Shown: positions 38,651-51,755 of the stretch, piece by piece
How positions within the stretch are numbered: position 1 is the first letter of the stretch
How the letters are laid out: every line of letters begins with the position of its first letter
Assembly: GCF_020745735.1 (NCBI RefSeq)
Contig: NC_083437.1
Coordinates: 15,624,001 to 15,688,000 of the forward strand
Length of the DNA stretch: 64,000 nt
From: Hemiscyllium ocellatum
Lineage: Eukaryota
Reading direction: 5' to 3'
Notes under the pieces: model-generated
What the model saw: only the letters and a program-made list of their open reading frames with translations
The model's database searches: none
Told to the model about the DNA's origin: nothing
Translations under genes and position numbers: made by a program

Positions 38651-38980
38651 CAGTTAGTAAGTGTTACAGTCATCGTGCATTTCCCCACAGCACCGTCGAA
38701 TAATACTAAGTCTCCAAACATGTGCCAATTAGAGAACCACACTCAATCAGGGCTGTTCATATTGATCATTGTGAGCCCCATGTTCGGTGTTCTCCAGTTA
38801 TTTTATGGGGGGGTGGGGTTAGGGCTGGAGGGCAGGTGAGAGTACATAAAGTGGAAAAGCCTCATCCGCTATGGTGGTGCATACATTTCAAGGTGCTGGT
38901 ACCAACATACCTTGGGGCTTTCATTTAGGATTTACTTACTGAAGGGGCAACAGCACTGAAGTAACCCCTCATCACAGGGG

Positions 38981-39153
38981 AGAAAGTGAGGTCTGCAGAT
39001 GCTGGAGTATCAGAACTGAAAAATGTGTTGCTGGAAAAGCGCAGGTCAGGCCACATCCAAAATTCCTGATGAAGGGCTTATGCCCAAAACGCCGAATTTC
39101 CTGTTCGTTGGATGCTGCCTGACCTGCTGCGCTTTTCCAGCAACACATTTTCA
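38981..39153. mobile_element. Penelope-derived hairpin mini-element
   Basis: Inverted arms and a mutated hammerhead. 14-bp TSD cctcatcacagggg at 38967-38980 and 39154-39167. Confidence 0.88.
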
Positions 39154-40339
39154 CCTCATCACAGGGGTGCAATAATTCAAATAAGACTAAGCAGTAGATC
39201 AGAACAGTTACGGACTAGGTTGCTTGGACTCAGAAAACAGATTTCTTGAAGTTCGAGGGATCACATGGATCAAGATAGCAGCGCGAATACCATGCCGTGG
39301 CTCAAACTTAGGCTGAGGAACGTGCTGCTAGAGATAGTTCACCATTGTTCAGTAGATGAGTGGTAGTTGAGAAATAAATTGTATCACACTGGGTAAACAT
39401 TTAAACTCACAGAGGGCTTCAATCAGGCTGATGTGCCTGGTCAGTTCCCCTCCAACAAGGAGCCTCTGTGGACCAGTTTGTCACCGAAATTGTTCACTGT
39501 CCAGTTCCAAACGAGAAGCACTGAGGGTTCTCTCTAAAGGAGTAGAACAAATGGATCTTTTGAGAATGTCATGTCCAAGCTGGTTTATGTTCAGCGCTGC
39601 ACAGAATAGAGCTGCTGAGTCAGCTGGCTTCAAAGAATCCCACCCATAAGGTTAACCCTTTTCCTCTCCCTTTCAGTTGAATGAACTGCCTGCATATTTT
39701 GTCCTTCTGAGAACATAGCCAAAATGTTTAACATTCACCTCCAAAAGAATTTTTGTATTTTAACAATTCATTGTATGCGAAATGCTTTTAAAAAATGTTT
39801 CAGAGACTTCGAGGCATTAAATTGACGAAGAATTTTTTTAAAAATATTCATGCGACTGCTACAAGTAAAGGAACAAAACAAGCACCATCTGGTATTTAGG
39901 TGACAGAAGACTATAAATTGAGTTTAATCTCTAGGCTTATTGACCTACACCAAACAAATCGTCTTGACAGACACCCTGTCCCTGCTGTTTCACATACATC
40001 TCAAGTTTCTTTTCAGTAATTATTCACAACTGAGCTATCAGCACGGATAAGTCAATTCCAAAACTCTAAGTTCCTAACTTCAAACAGGCAAACAAAAACT
40101 AAAACATAGGCACAGACAGTAGCAAGTGGCCTGATGTTCAATGACAAGATTGTAGGGTTTGGGGTCCTTGTGACTGACAGACTGGATGCACATTCTTACA
40201 TGGAAAATATTAGCAAACCCTTGTACATAAAAATGAGGGGATCAGTTCCTGCTATCAACAACTTGAACAAAAAAAGGAAATAGCATTTACTTAGCAGCTT
40301 TAACACCACAAGCAGCATTATAAAGATTGACATCAAGCT

Positions 40340-40540
40340 ACATATAGGGCAAGATAGAAGCCAGGCTAGTCCAAATGGTTTATTTGAAATCACAAGCTTT
40401 CAGAGGGCTGCCTCTTTGTTACTGCGCCTGACTAAAGGGTCAGCACTCTGAAAGCTTGTGATTTCAAATGCATCTGTTCGACTATAACCTGGCATCAAAT
40501 GACTTCTGACCTTGTCTACCCCAGTCCAACACCACATCAT
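40340..40540. mobile_element. Decayed Penelope-derived hairpin
   Basis: atttgaaatcacaagctttcagag / ctctgaaagcttgtgatttcaaat inverted arms. Confidence 0.75.
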
Positions 40541-41977
40541 TTTAGGGCTGAAAATGAAAAGCTTTAAGGAATGCCTTAAAAGATGAAAGGGAAACAGAGA
40601 CTCATCTGGTACAAATCCCACGTATGTTCAAAAGTGCAGGTAAGGAAGAAAGAGGGATAACAAATTCCACAACCTGAGGACATCCTGAAGTACTTGACAA
40701 TGATACTTTTAAAGTGTATTCACTGTTGCAATGTAGGAAATTGGAGTTACTGATGACCAGTGTGCAGTTGCATCAGAGGAAGGAAAATGACTCTGTATAT
40801 TTGTACAAAAGTAGGCAAACAGAGCACAAAAATCAGCACAGGATTGGTTGGTGAGTGAGACTGGGTTTTAAAATGAGGCTCTATATTACCATATCAACAA
40901 TAACTTACAATTGTACATTGATGCATTTATTGAAGTGTGGGCCCTCCATCTTGAGCGCAATGATTCTGACACAGCAATATTACAGTATTCTGCAAAAGTA
41001 TTTCTAACAGTATAATGATTACGTAAACAAGACAATAGTACACATCCTTCAGAAGGCAACTGGCTAAGTATTTGAAAAGGGAACATTTGCTCGGCAATTG
41101 CAATCAGAGGGGACTGGGCAATCCTTTTTAAAGAACTGACAGACACAATGGGCTAAACCTTCATGTTGAATTATAGATGAATGCTTTGCAATTGAAATTG
41201 ATATAGATACATCACCAGCAGAAAGGTTAGACAAGGTAGATCAAGATGGTCATGTGCAGAGTTGATTAATACCAATCTGGCCAGATTAAGGACAGCTACA
41301 ATTAGCCATAGATTATATCTAATTATAATTACAATTTCTACTTAACTTGAAAATGGACAGACAGCATTCACTGTTAAAAGAATACACTTCAACAAGGTAT
41401 GGGAGCACATGCAGCAAGGGTCTTAATAACTTCAAGGAGGGAGGAGTGCAGCTGACAATGAGGGAAAAAGAAGCCATTAAAGACAGTACATTTCAGACTG
41501 GAAGAAATCCCACAATGACAGCAGTGCATCAGTACTCTCTCTCTCTCTCACATCAGTTCTGTAAGATGAGTTGTCCAGTATCTTCTAATTGCAATTGCCC
41601 AAATAACACTTTCTTTTCAAATACTTAGCCAGGTGTCTTCTGAAGACTGCAGATTGGTCTGTCTAATTTATAAATTCATTATACAGTTAGAAATACTTGC
41701 TTTTTCACAGAACACCGTAACCTTGGAGTGTCAGAATCACTGGGCTCAAGTTGCTGGACCCACATTTCAATAATGACTCAAAAACAACATCAACTTGCAA
41801 TTATGCATTGGTTATGTACAGCCTCATTTCAAAACCTATTCTCACTCACCTACCCAATCCTGTGGTGATCTTGTGTTCCCACAGTTTACCTGCATTTGCA
41901 CAAATTTCTCCCAGTCTGAACACAAAGTCCCTTTCTGCACCATTTTGGACAAAGTAAAAGGGTAATTATGACAGGAA

Positions 41978-42117
41978 GAAAATGAGGAATGCAGATGCGG
42001 AAGAATGCAGATGCTGGAGATCAGAGCTGAAAAGTGTGTTGCTGGAAAAGCGCAGCAGATCAGGTAGCAAAGGAGCAGGAGAATCGACATTTCAGGCATA
42101 AGCCCTTCTTCAGGAAT
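41978..42117 (-). mobile_element. Penelope pLTR terminal fragment
   Basis: Same terminus as 37081-37208, with a CUGAAGA hammerhead variant. Confidence 0.75.
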
Positions 42118-42699
42118 GAATGACAATATATTAAAGATGGAAAAAAAAATCAAAAATCATTAAACATGGACAACAATAGGTTTGCAGTTTTGCTATCACA
42201 GCTCAGAGAGGAAGCATAGCCACATGGATCAGATTCTACACAGTATCCTTATAATCAGAAGGCTTCAAAACACAATCTATTGATTACTTTTCATGAAACT
42301 GCACTGTTACATGGGCAAGCATTTCAAACCAGAATACAAGGTCCTTTAACAGCAATCAAGTTAATGACCAATTATATTATTTTTAGTCAGATGTTGACCA
42401 GGAGTCCATGCTTTATGCACTCCTTGACACAGCATAAAGTGTGGCACTAGGAAAGCACAGCACATCAGGCAGCATCTGATTTTGCACATAAACCCTTCAT
42501 CAGGAATTTACTTTAAAGTAAATATCACACCAGCTTATAGTCTCAATAGTACACACGCCCATCATTTAAAGCACATCCTCCCCCCACCCCCAGTTCTAAA
42601 AAACCCCCAGACTGGACTGGAAACATTAACTGGTTTCTCTTTCCACAAAGGCCACCAGACCTGCTGAGTTTCTCCAGCACTTGGTCATCACTATGGGCC

Positions 42700-42990
42700 A
42701 TACTGGGAAGCAATGGGTGTCTGCCTGGATGGGAGGCCCGGTGGGAGCAGCGGGCTGGCCTGGGTCGGGAAGGCCGAAGGAGCTGGGCAGGACACCCGCC
42801 ACCACAACCAGGGCGACACGCTACCCCGGCCCCGGGAACAGCCGCGACCTTCGCTCCGCGAGTCACCTGATTGCAAGCACCGTCACATGACTGTACCGGA
42901 AGGCAGTGACGTCATTGCGGGGCACGTCCCGCCGTGCTGCTTCAACGCCATCTTTGATATGGGCGGAAGCATTTCCTCCTCCCCAGTTAA
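42700..42990 (-). promoter_or_regulatory. AP5B1: CpG-rich promoter and probable non-coding exon 1 of AP5B1
   Basis: Locally GC/CpG-rich. CRE TGACGTCA 42907-42914. ETS cores CCGGAAG 42896-42902 and GGCGGAAG 42962-42969. YY1 AAGATGGCG on - at 42946-42954. E-box GTCACATGAC 42882-42891. Donor CAG|GTGACT on - at 42866. Confidence 0.7.
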
Positions 42991-43119
42991 AGGCAGCTTC
43001 TTTTTTATATAGAATTAACCTTCATCTCCAATCTCTGATCTAGTTGCTGCTCCTTCCTTCTGAGCAGCACAAGAAAAATATCTATCTACTTTCTTCTCAA
43101 ACTGCTGAGAGATATTACA

Positions 43120-43365
43120 CTTTTTTTTAATTTCAAAAATATACTTTATTCATAAAATACTTTGATGATCTATACAAGTGGACATGCTATACATATGTAA
43201 AAATTCCATTTCTTTGCATACCAAAACAGAGTAATCGTTCCTATTTACAGGTCTGTACAATTACATTTTTTAGCTGAGGCATCAGCAGAGCCCAAATGAC
43301 TGCGTGGGCCCCCTGTTCTTCTTTAGGCAGGCAGATGTTACACGGCGGTCTTTCCTATAACGCAC
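43120..43365 (-). mobile_element. 3' end of an L1/Tx1-like LINE
   Basis: On -: decayed ORF end (GKTAV*), 3' UTR, AATAAA and poly(A) tail. Confidence 0.55.
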
Positions 43366-43683
43366 TCGAGAGCAGGTGGGTCTTGAACCCAGGGTCAGAA
43401 GTAAGGACTTTATCACTGCATCACAAGAGCCTTTTCTGTTTAGTTTCTAACATTAGAGTGAGGGTGGCGATTTTACATAAATGCTCACAGGTCCCACCTA
43501 ATAGTTTTCTATAATTTAACAGGTCTATAATGGTAAATTGTAATCTCTGTGAAATTTTAAGGAGATTTTAAATTTTCATCACCAATTTTACAGTAAATAA
43601 AATTCACTTTCAAATGAGTGGTAAAAGTGGTCAAACTGGTGTATTTATAAGCCTTTCAATTTCAGAGCAGAAGGAGGCCATCA

Positions 43684-44305
43684 CAGAGTCATCGAGATGT
43701 ACAGCATGGAAAAAGTCTCTTTGGTCCAACTCATCCATGCCAACCAGATATCCCAACCCAATCTAGTCCCACCTGCCAGCACCCAGCACCCTCCAAACCC
43801 TTCCTATTCATATACCCATCCAGATGAGTTTTAACTGTTGCAATTGTACCAGCCTCCACCACTTCCTCTGGTAGCTCATTCCACAGACACACCACCCTCT
43901 GTGTGAAAAAGCTGCCGCTTAGGTCTCTTTTATATCTTTCCCAGGTAAAAACAATGACTGCAGATGCTGGAAACCAGATTCTGGATTAGTGGTGCTGGAA
44001 GAGCACAGCAATTCAGGCAGCATCCGAGAAACAGCTCCTCGGAAGCTGCCTGAACTGCTGTGCTCTTCCAGCACCACTAATCCAGAATTTATATCTTTCC
44101 CCTCTCATCCTGAACCTATGCCCTCTAGTTCTGGACTCCACCACGCTCCATAGAAAACACTTAGTCTATTTATCCTATCCATGGCCCTTATGATTTTGTA
44201 AACCTCTATAAGATGACCCCTCAGCCTCCATGCTCCAGGAAAAACAGTCCCAACCTATTCAGCCTCTCCCTTGAGCTAAAATCCTCCAAGTCTGGCAACA
44301 TCCTT
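43684..44305 (-). mobile_element. CR1 3' fragment interrupted by a hairpin element
   Basis: Colinear with the 6645-7100 CR1. Confidence 0.88.
43943..44087. mobile_element. Penelope-derived hairpin mini-element without ribozyme
   Basis: Inverted arms attctggattagtggtgctggaagagcacagc. 14-bp TSD tttatatctttccc at 43929-43942 and 44088-44101. Confidence 0.9.
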
Positions 44306-44550
44306 TTGATGGTTTATGCTAAGTTGTATCACCCCTGGATTTTGAAATCATGTTTGTACATTAAGGTCTAGGGCATTTATATATATCAGGAAAGGAGAAT
44401 GTGGTGATTGGAACATGGTCATCCAAGTTTAGAATATCAGTCTTGGCCCAAAACGTTGACCTTCCTGTTCCTCATATGCTGTCTGACCTGCTTTTCCAGC
44501 TCCACATCTATTGACTTTGGTTTTCAGCATCTGCAGCCCTTACTATCTCC

Positions 44551-45239
44551 TATAGAATATAAGTTCCCTGACTGGGGCTGTAAAGCTGGTCCAGTCAGGG
44601 AGCCCTGGTTGACAGACATAACCAGAATGTTGCAGAGGGGGGACGGCAGGTCTGAAGACCTCCTTGTGAGTCTGCTCCTGGACCTGGCCAAACTGGCCAT
44701 AAAGAGATCCAGGCATCGTGCAGTGGAGGGGGTCGTTAAGGCTGACTGCCTGCCCCTCTTCCGTGGTTATGTTTGAGCTCGGGTGTCTCTGGATAAAGAG
44801 CACGCGGTGTCCACCAACACCCTGGAGTTGTTCAGGGAGAGGTGGGCATCGCAGAGAGTGGAGTGCATTATTTCCCCCTCCAACCCTATTTTGATTTAAT
44901 TCCTGCCCTCCCCTTCACTGTTTGATCACGCAACATTGCCCTTTGATGAGAAGGGCACTGCTTATCACTGGCCACTCGGGTGTTTCTTTGCTTCCTGGTG
45001 GTGGAATATAAATAAAGATTTACAAACTTGTTATTCTTTGTTGTGCCCGATACCTACACACACACACACACACACACGACAAAAAAAAGGAAAGAAAAGA
45101 GAAAAAAGAAAATAAACAGGACTGTCAGTAGTCCTGTTCACTACGGGCTCTGAGCTATCTGGGTCTGTGTCATGTACTGTGCACGTGTAAATAAAGAGTG
45201 ACTTGGTGACGGGATACTGGCCTTCATGGAGTTACTTCA
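44551..45239 (+). mobile_element. Solo LTR of the same Gypsy family as 20247-22733, interrupted
   Basis: agaatataagttccctga...cagggagccctgg.tgacaga and gtgacttggtgacgggatactggccttcatggag.ta.ttca are shared with the other LTRs. Confidence 0.85.
44632..45111 (+). mobile_element. Tx1-clade LINE 3' end (ORF2 C-terminus, 3' UTR, A-rich tail)
   Basis: SEDLLVSLLLDLAKLAIKRSRHRAVEGVVKADCLPLFRGYV*ARVSLDKEHAVSTNTLELFRERW resembles Tx1 ORF2 ends. AATAAA, (CA)n and an A-rich tail follow. Confidence 0.8.
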
Positions 45240-45900
45240 GTACAGGTCCTAATACTGATCTCCTGGAACTCCAGTACTAAACCTTTATTACACCGTTATG
45301 TGCTGTTTCCTATCACTCAGCCAATTTTATCTTGCTGCTTTGACTTTAATTCCATGAGCTATAGTCTGCTGTGTGGCACCGTACCAAATTCTTTCTAGAC
45401 TTCCATGTGCACAATATCAATAGCGTTGACTTAATCCTGAAAACATTCCAGCGAGTTAATTAAACACAATTTGCCATCAAGAAAAATCAAGCTGTCTCTC
45501 CCTAATTAACCTGCACTTGTGCATGTGGCTGTTAATTTTCTCCCTCATTATTGTTTCCAGAAGTTTCCCAACCTCTTAGTCTGTAGTTGCTTGACCTTTT
45601 TTGAACAAGACAGTAACATTTTCAATTCTCCAGACCTTTGGCATCAATCCTCAATCTAAGGAAGACTGAATAATTGTTGCCAGTGCCTCTGCAATTTCCG
45701 TTTTCAATTCCCTCAGTATCTTGAATGCATCTCATCCAGTCCTGGTGACTTGTCAACTTTAAGTACAGATAGTCTGTTCAACACCTCCATATTTTAAACC
45801 CTCATAGTGACTTAATTTCTTCCTATGGGACCATGGCCTATGGTGAATGGTAGGGAGAGGTGAAAAACATTTGTTTAATCCTTTAGCCTTGCCCTATACC
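45240..45900 (-). mobile_element. Old CR1 ORF2 remnant
   Basis: Decayed RT/endonuclease-linker sequence similar to 61205-61900. Confidence 0.55.
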
Positions 45901-48900
45901 TCCATGTATAAAACCTTTTTAAGCCCTCATTATATAGTCCATACTTTTTTGCACATCTATGTAACTTCCTTGCAGATTTGTTCATCTACATCTTTCCCAC
46001 TGGTTGGTGACCTTTAAACTTAGCTCACGAAGTATTTTACATACTACGTCCTGGAGGAATCCTCTATCGTGCCCTCTGTCTTGACTTACTTTTTTTTGTA
46101 TTACTTCATATCTGTCTGAAAAAAGGTCACTGGACCTGAAACATTAACTCTTTCTTTTTCTCCACAGGTAACTGCCAGGTCTGCTGTATTTTTCTAGTAA
46201 TTTCTGTTTTTGATTCATATCTGTCAGTACATTGAATTTTAAAACCTTTGGTTGTATTTGCAAAATATATCTTGGTTTGAGACTCACTCAACTTCCAGAA
46301 TTTCTTCCAGCCTTACGTTGAAACCATTGAGTACGTTTCTTTACTCCTGCATTACATTTATTTGGTCTGTTGATGTTCTGCCATCCTGTAACCTTTCAGC
46401 TCCTGGACCTATTTCGATTCAATGTTTGCCACCTTTCTCCTTGTCTTTAAAGGTTTCCTCAAACTTATTCTCCAGATTATTGTCTCACCCTGAAGCTCCA
46501 TGGCAATGTTGTATTGTTATCCCACTGCTGCAAAGAATCTCATTTTCTTGACCTGAATGTTGCCTGCAGACCAGCATCTTACTGGTTCCTACAGAGACTG
46601 GTGAAATACAGATGCTTATAATGGTGGCTTGTTACAATACTGAATGTTGACCATACCACAGAACCTCTGTTCGAAGATTTTTTTTCATTTTCCACTCTGA
46701 TGTTTCATATTCTGTAACAATTTATTTGGTGAAATATATGATGCAATGATTTATATATCTTGAGTAACCTTGTCCCCTCTGTATACTGACTGTGCATCTT
46801 TACTCTAACCATGGAGGAGCAAGGCAGTAATTTTTCCACCCTATATAAGACATTCTGAGAATACAGGTGTGAGGTAGCTTTCACATTTGTGGCTGCTTGG
46901 GGGAGCTGGATGAAATCCATGCAGAAGATTAGCTCTTGCTTTCAATGCAACGATTCCAACGTGAAAATGGGCATGTTTAGACTGGGGTCAGCTGTGACTG
47001 TTTTCATTCTCAGTCAAAATAGCTGGTTAATATTCACTGTCTTGACCAATAAATGAAGAATGGCCAACTATATGCAATAATGGAAGGTTTTTATCACACA
47101 TGTAGCAGTATTCTCATGGTTATAGGTAGGTAAGAGAGAAAACACCACTGCCTTCTTTGGCTCAGTAGCAAAACGTTTGCCCCTTAATTAGAAGGGTTTG
47201 CATTTGTACTGTACTTCAGAGTCTTGTACTCACAATCTTGGATAATTCTTCAGTACAGCACTCAGATTGTGTATCTTTTTCATTACATGAACGAGTGGCT
47301 CATCATTGTATTTACACACAAACTATGGGTTGGAATCAGAATACTTGAATTAGTTTGACATGATTTGGATATGCCAGTGTTGGACTGGGGTGGACAAAGT
47401 CAGAAGTCTCACAACACCAGGTTACAGTCCAACAAGTTCATTTAAAATCACAAGCTTTTGGAGTACTGCTCTTTTGTCGGGTGAAGTGTGACATTTGATA
47501 TGTGCATTCCTGTTTCAAATTAGTTTGTAGTTCAAGGACTATCCAGAAAAATATCAACTCCATCCTGACATACAATTACAATTTAATTGATAACTTGTCT
47601 TTGGTGTCCCAGTGCCTCAGTTAGGTTGTAGATAACTGATGTTTGGTGCAGTGGTCAGAAAGGGCTCAATCTTTATCTTTGGTCTGCACTGAGTTAACCA
47701 AATCATAACTGATACAGTTTTCACTCAAATCTATACTTAAGCCCTGTTTGTCATTTCATGAAAAACCACTTGGGTCTTTGTTTAGTGGGCACTGGAGACA
47801 TTTGGGGTACGACTATGTCAAATTCAACCTGGAAACTTCTGTTTATTAATCCAATGGATTAATAATACACTGGCTAAGGCTTTTAAATAAAATGTTTGAA
47901 CAGAAAGGAAGGGAAACAGTACATGTTGGCAATGATTGGAAGTGTAACTCAATTCCCCCAGGGATTATGATGATGAAACTTTGAATATAATTCAGAAAGG
48001 AATGCAGATGAATATAAACAAGTTTAAGAACCAGCTATGTTCATATGTATTCCTCCCTACACTGACACCATTTGAACTGAGTCAAGGTCACACTAATTAA
48101 ATCAGTGCATGTTGAACCTCTCCCTTTCACTGCCCTTTGGTTCTCAATTCTGAAACAATACTTTCCAAGCAGTAATTTTACAGATATCCTTATTGAGAGG
48201 ACAGCAGTGAACCATCCTATTATTGTCCTCCCGCCAACTACATCATTCAGATCATTGAAGGGAAGACTTTCTTAATCCCTTCTTTGTGTGTTATTCCCTT
48301 GGGGAAATGCTGACTTTGGTGCAGTGTTTCCATGAAATTGGAACGATAGGTTGCTGCTAAATGTTGATGAACTTTGTCAAAAAATTCGGATGTTTGTTCA
48401 AAAATAGCAACAGAATAACAATAAACAACTCCTGCCCTAGACTCAGTTGGCAGTGTCCTGCCACCTGAATTCAAAAGAAGTGAGTTCAAGTCCAATATTA
48501 GGACGCATTATCACCGATGTTTTCCTGAGGGCCTGTTACTCTTTTGGAAGATCTGCCCTGCAAAGGAAATATTTAACCGAATTGAAGTTTTCTCTAATGA
48601 GTCAAATGATGAAATTTTCTTGGTCCTGTTGGAAATAGAATAGGGAATTTCCCTGGAGTCTTGCCCAGAAATGCTTTTTCAATCAACACTATTAGGAAGT
48701 GGATTGAAGTTCTGTTCTTATAGAAAATAAATCAAAGGAAGAGTCATCTGCTTACCACCCTAGCCCAATTATTGATAAGATATCAAGATCAGTGATATCC
48801 AGTCTCTTATCCAATCAAGGTGATTGCTTCATTTTAGTTTGTTTGATGTTCTTTGTATGACCTTGCGGTGTGATCACTTAAAGGGGCCGTTTCAACCCTC

Positions 48901-49178
48901 CCTGGGAACAGCCTAGGTCAGCTTCTTGAATGATATACTTAGGAGCAGAACTGCCACTGAAATCAAATTTGCCTGCCGTTCCAATTCTGTCCAAAACATC
49001 CTGTTCCACTGCCCACCTTATTCAACATGTACTTCTTGTTTGGGTGCACAGAGGAACTGCCCAATTCTCTCCTTTATGTTTCTTTTGTTCTCTGGACTCA
49101 GTGTCCACTGAATCACACTCCATCACCGCACCCCTACCCGTCCCCTGTCATAAATACTATCTTTTCCTAGCTACTGTC

Positions 49179-49216
49179 AGTTCTGAAGAAGGGTCACTGG
49201 ACTCGAAACGTTAACT
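49179..49216 (+). ncRNA. Minimal type I hammerhead ribozyme in a Penelope pLTR fragment (about 49115-49280)
   Basis: aguu CUGAAGA a GGGUC-acug-GACUC GAAA CG UU / aacu. Predicted cleavage after 49212. Confidence 0.78.
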
Positions 49217-50589
49217 CTGATTTCTTTTCACTGACGCTGCCAGATCTGCTGAGTTTCCCCAGCAATTCCTGTTTTTGTTGAAGAAGAAAGCCTAGATAGG
49301 AGAGAATGGGGACTATGAGAGGGTGAAAATGAGTTTGCTGAGAGCAAACCATGCTGTGATAGGACCCAGGAAATATGGGCACGTTGTAGACATAGAAGGA
49401 AGTGTTGAATCCCTAAAATTATTGAACTCTTTATTGAGGTCCTGTTTCTCCTGTTATGACAACAAGACAGCTGCATATTCACTTTTAGGGACACCGCTAT
49501 TGAAAACTGGTGATAAAGCACTGTTGGATAAATAAAAGTTGTTTCATCTGGCAATTAATTAGTTAAGGGCCAGGTGACTAACAAATAACTCTTGTCCGCA
49601 GCTAGACATGGACTGTCAGATTATTATTGCCAGTCTAAAAGAGCTCATTGTTCATCCTTTACGCTTGTTATCTGACACTATTTTGCATGTCAGGTGACAT
49701 ATTGGTTCAAAAACTTGCTGGAGTGTGCCTAACAGTCATTGGTTTCATTGCTGCTTATGGCCCATACTGGTGTAGAGAGCATGCTCTATTTACTCCTACT
49801 GTGACTGCTCCCTGGGAGGGACTGCATGGTATTATTGCAACTGTTGTTTCTAGGAACATAGTTCATTTTGTTTCAAAGCTTTTGATATATGTCTCCCTTT
49901 TGCCCTGATATATCATTGCCAACATGTGACCTTGTGAATGCAATGCACATTTACAGTGGCTCACAGATAGGCAGCGAGATGGTTAAGACATAACAAGTCT
50001 GTCAAGTTTTACCTGTTTCCTGTGGCAACAATCTCAAACTAGAGGTTTCACTACGTGTATGAACAACCCCCGTTCAGCTCAAAATGTTTCTAAATCACCT
50101 CACCCCCCCCATCCACCGAATCGTTTCCAATAACCTGACCTTGCAGAATGCATCGCAGTTAATAGTTACACTTCCTGCAAAATAGTAACAATGTTGTAAC
50201 AATCTTAAAAAAAAGTATTTGAATCATTCCATACCTCTCCTTCCTTGAGAAAGACTAACGTTTGCTTCAGCTACTCTCCAATAACAAAGAATCAACCGTT
50301 ACTGTTTATCACTCAACAGTGTTAACAATACTGACCCCCCTCCAACCCCCAAACATCAACACTGTGGTCACCACTGAGCAGATTATCTAACTGGATCAGC
50401 TTTGTATTGTGGCTGTAAGAGCAGGTCTAATGCTGAGAATACTACAGCACTCATCTCTCGACTCCTGAAAGCCTTTCCACCATCAAGACACAAGTCAGGA
50501 ATGTGATAGAACACTGTCCACTTGATTAGATGAGTGCAGCTCTAACAAAACTCAAGAATCTCAACACCATCCAAGATGGAATATCTCCA

Positions 50590-51755
50590 ATTAGAATTGG
50601 AGGCCTACTGCATGAATGCAGACCCTTCAGCCCAACTTGCTCATGCTGCCCATTTTTCACAATTTAAACTTTAAACCCATTTGCCTACATTTGGTCCATA
50701 TCCCTCCATTACTATCCCATCCATGTACATGTCTAAATGTTTCTTAAATGACAAAATTGTGCTCACTTTCACCTCTACCTCTGGCAGTCTGTTCTAGAGA
50801 CTCAACAGCCTCTGTGTGGGAAAAAAACACCCCTCTGAACCCTTTTGTATCTCATCCCTCTCACCTTAAATCTATGCCGTCTAGTTTTAGGCCCTTCTAC
50901 CATGGGGAAAAGCTGTCTGCTATCTAACTTATCTATACCTCTATAAGGGCACCCCTCAGTCATTGCTCCAGGGAAAAAAGTCCCAGCATATCCAATCTTG
51001 CCTTATAACTAAAACCTTCTAGTCCAGTTAGCATTAAAGTAAATCTTTTCTGCACACTTTCTAGTTGAATAATATGCTTTCAATAGTAGGGTGATCATAA
51101 CTCCATGCAGTATTCCAAATGTGGCCTCAACAATGTCTTGTTCAGTTGCAATAGACAATGTTCTGACCAATGAAAGCTAGCTTGCCAAGAGCCTTTTTCA
51201 CCGCCCTGTCTACCTGTGACTCCATTTTTAAGGAGCTATGAACCTCTACCCCGAGATCTTTTTGATCTATAACATGCCCCAAGGCCCGACCATTAACTGT
51301 GTAAGCCCTGACCGGGTTTGCTTTACCAAAATGCATGTATCAAAATTAAACTCTACCTATCTTACCTCAGTCCACTGGCCCAGTTGATCAAAATCTCACT
51401 GCATTTCCAGATAAACTTCTTCACTGTCCACAATACCACCAATCTTGATGTCATCTGCAAATTTACTAATCATACCTCCTAAATTATCATCCAAATCATT
51501 ATATAAATGATGAATAGCAGTGGAAAAGCAATCCCTGTGGCACACTGCTGGTCACAGGCCTCCAGTTTGAAAAGCAACCCTCTACCACCACTCTCTTCTA
51601 CCTTCAAGCCAATTTTGTATCCAATTGGCTACCTCTCTCTGGACCTCGTAAGATTTAACCTTACTCAAAAACCTACCATGTGATACCTTGTCAAAGGCCT
51701 TGCTAAATTCCATGTTGACAACATCTACCGCACTGCCCTCATCTATTTTCTTGAT
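50590..51755 (-). mobile_element. CR1 LINE fragment nested in an older LINE (about 50180-52130, +)
   Basis: MHFGKANPVRAYTVNG..DLGVEVHSSLK, SKFADD. Confidence 0.88.

Noticed and set aside
38556-39100. Active hammerheads in the two hairpins
   Set aside because: The cores are broken: CUGAAGA is truncated in one, and GAAA>AAAA with GUC>GCC in the other. Motifs near 1864, 15540, 17490, 38270, 46120 and 59440 are also degenerate.
42543-43012. GC-rich ORFs at the promoter
   Set aside because: Expected by chance in a CpG island, with no recognisable protein.
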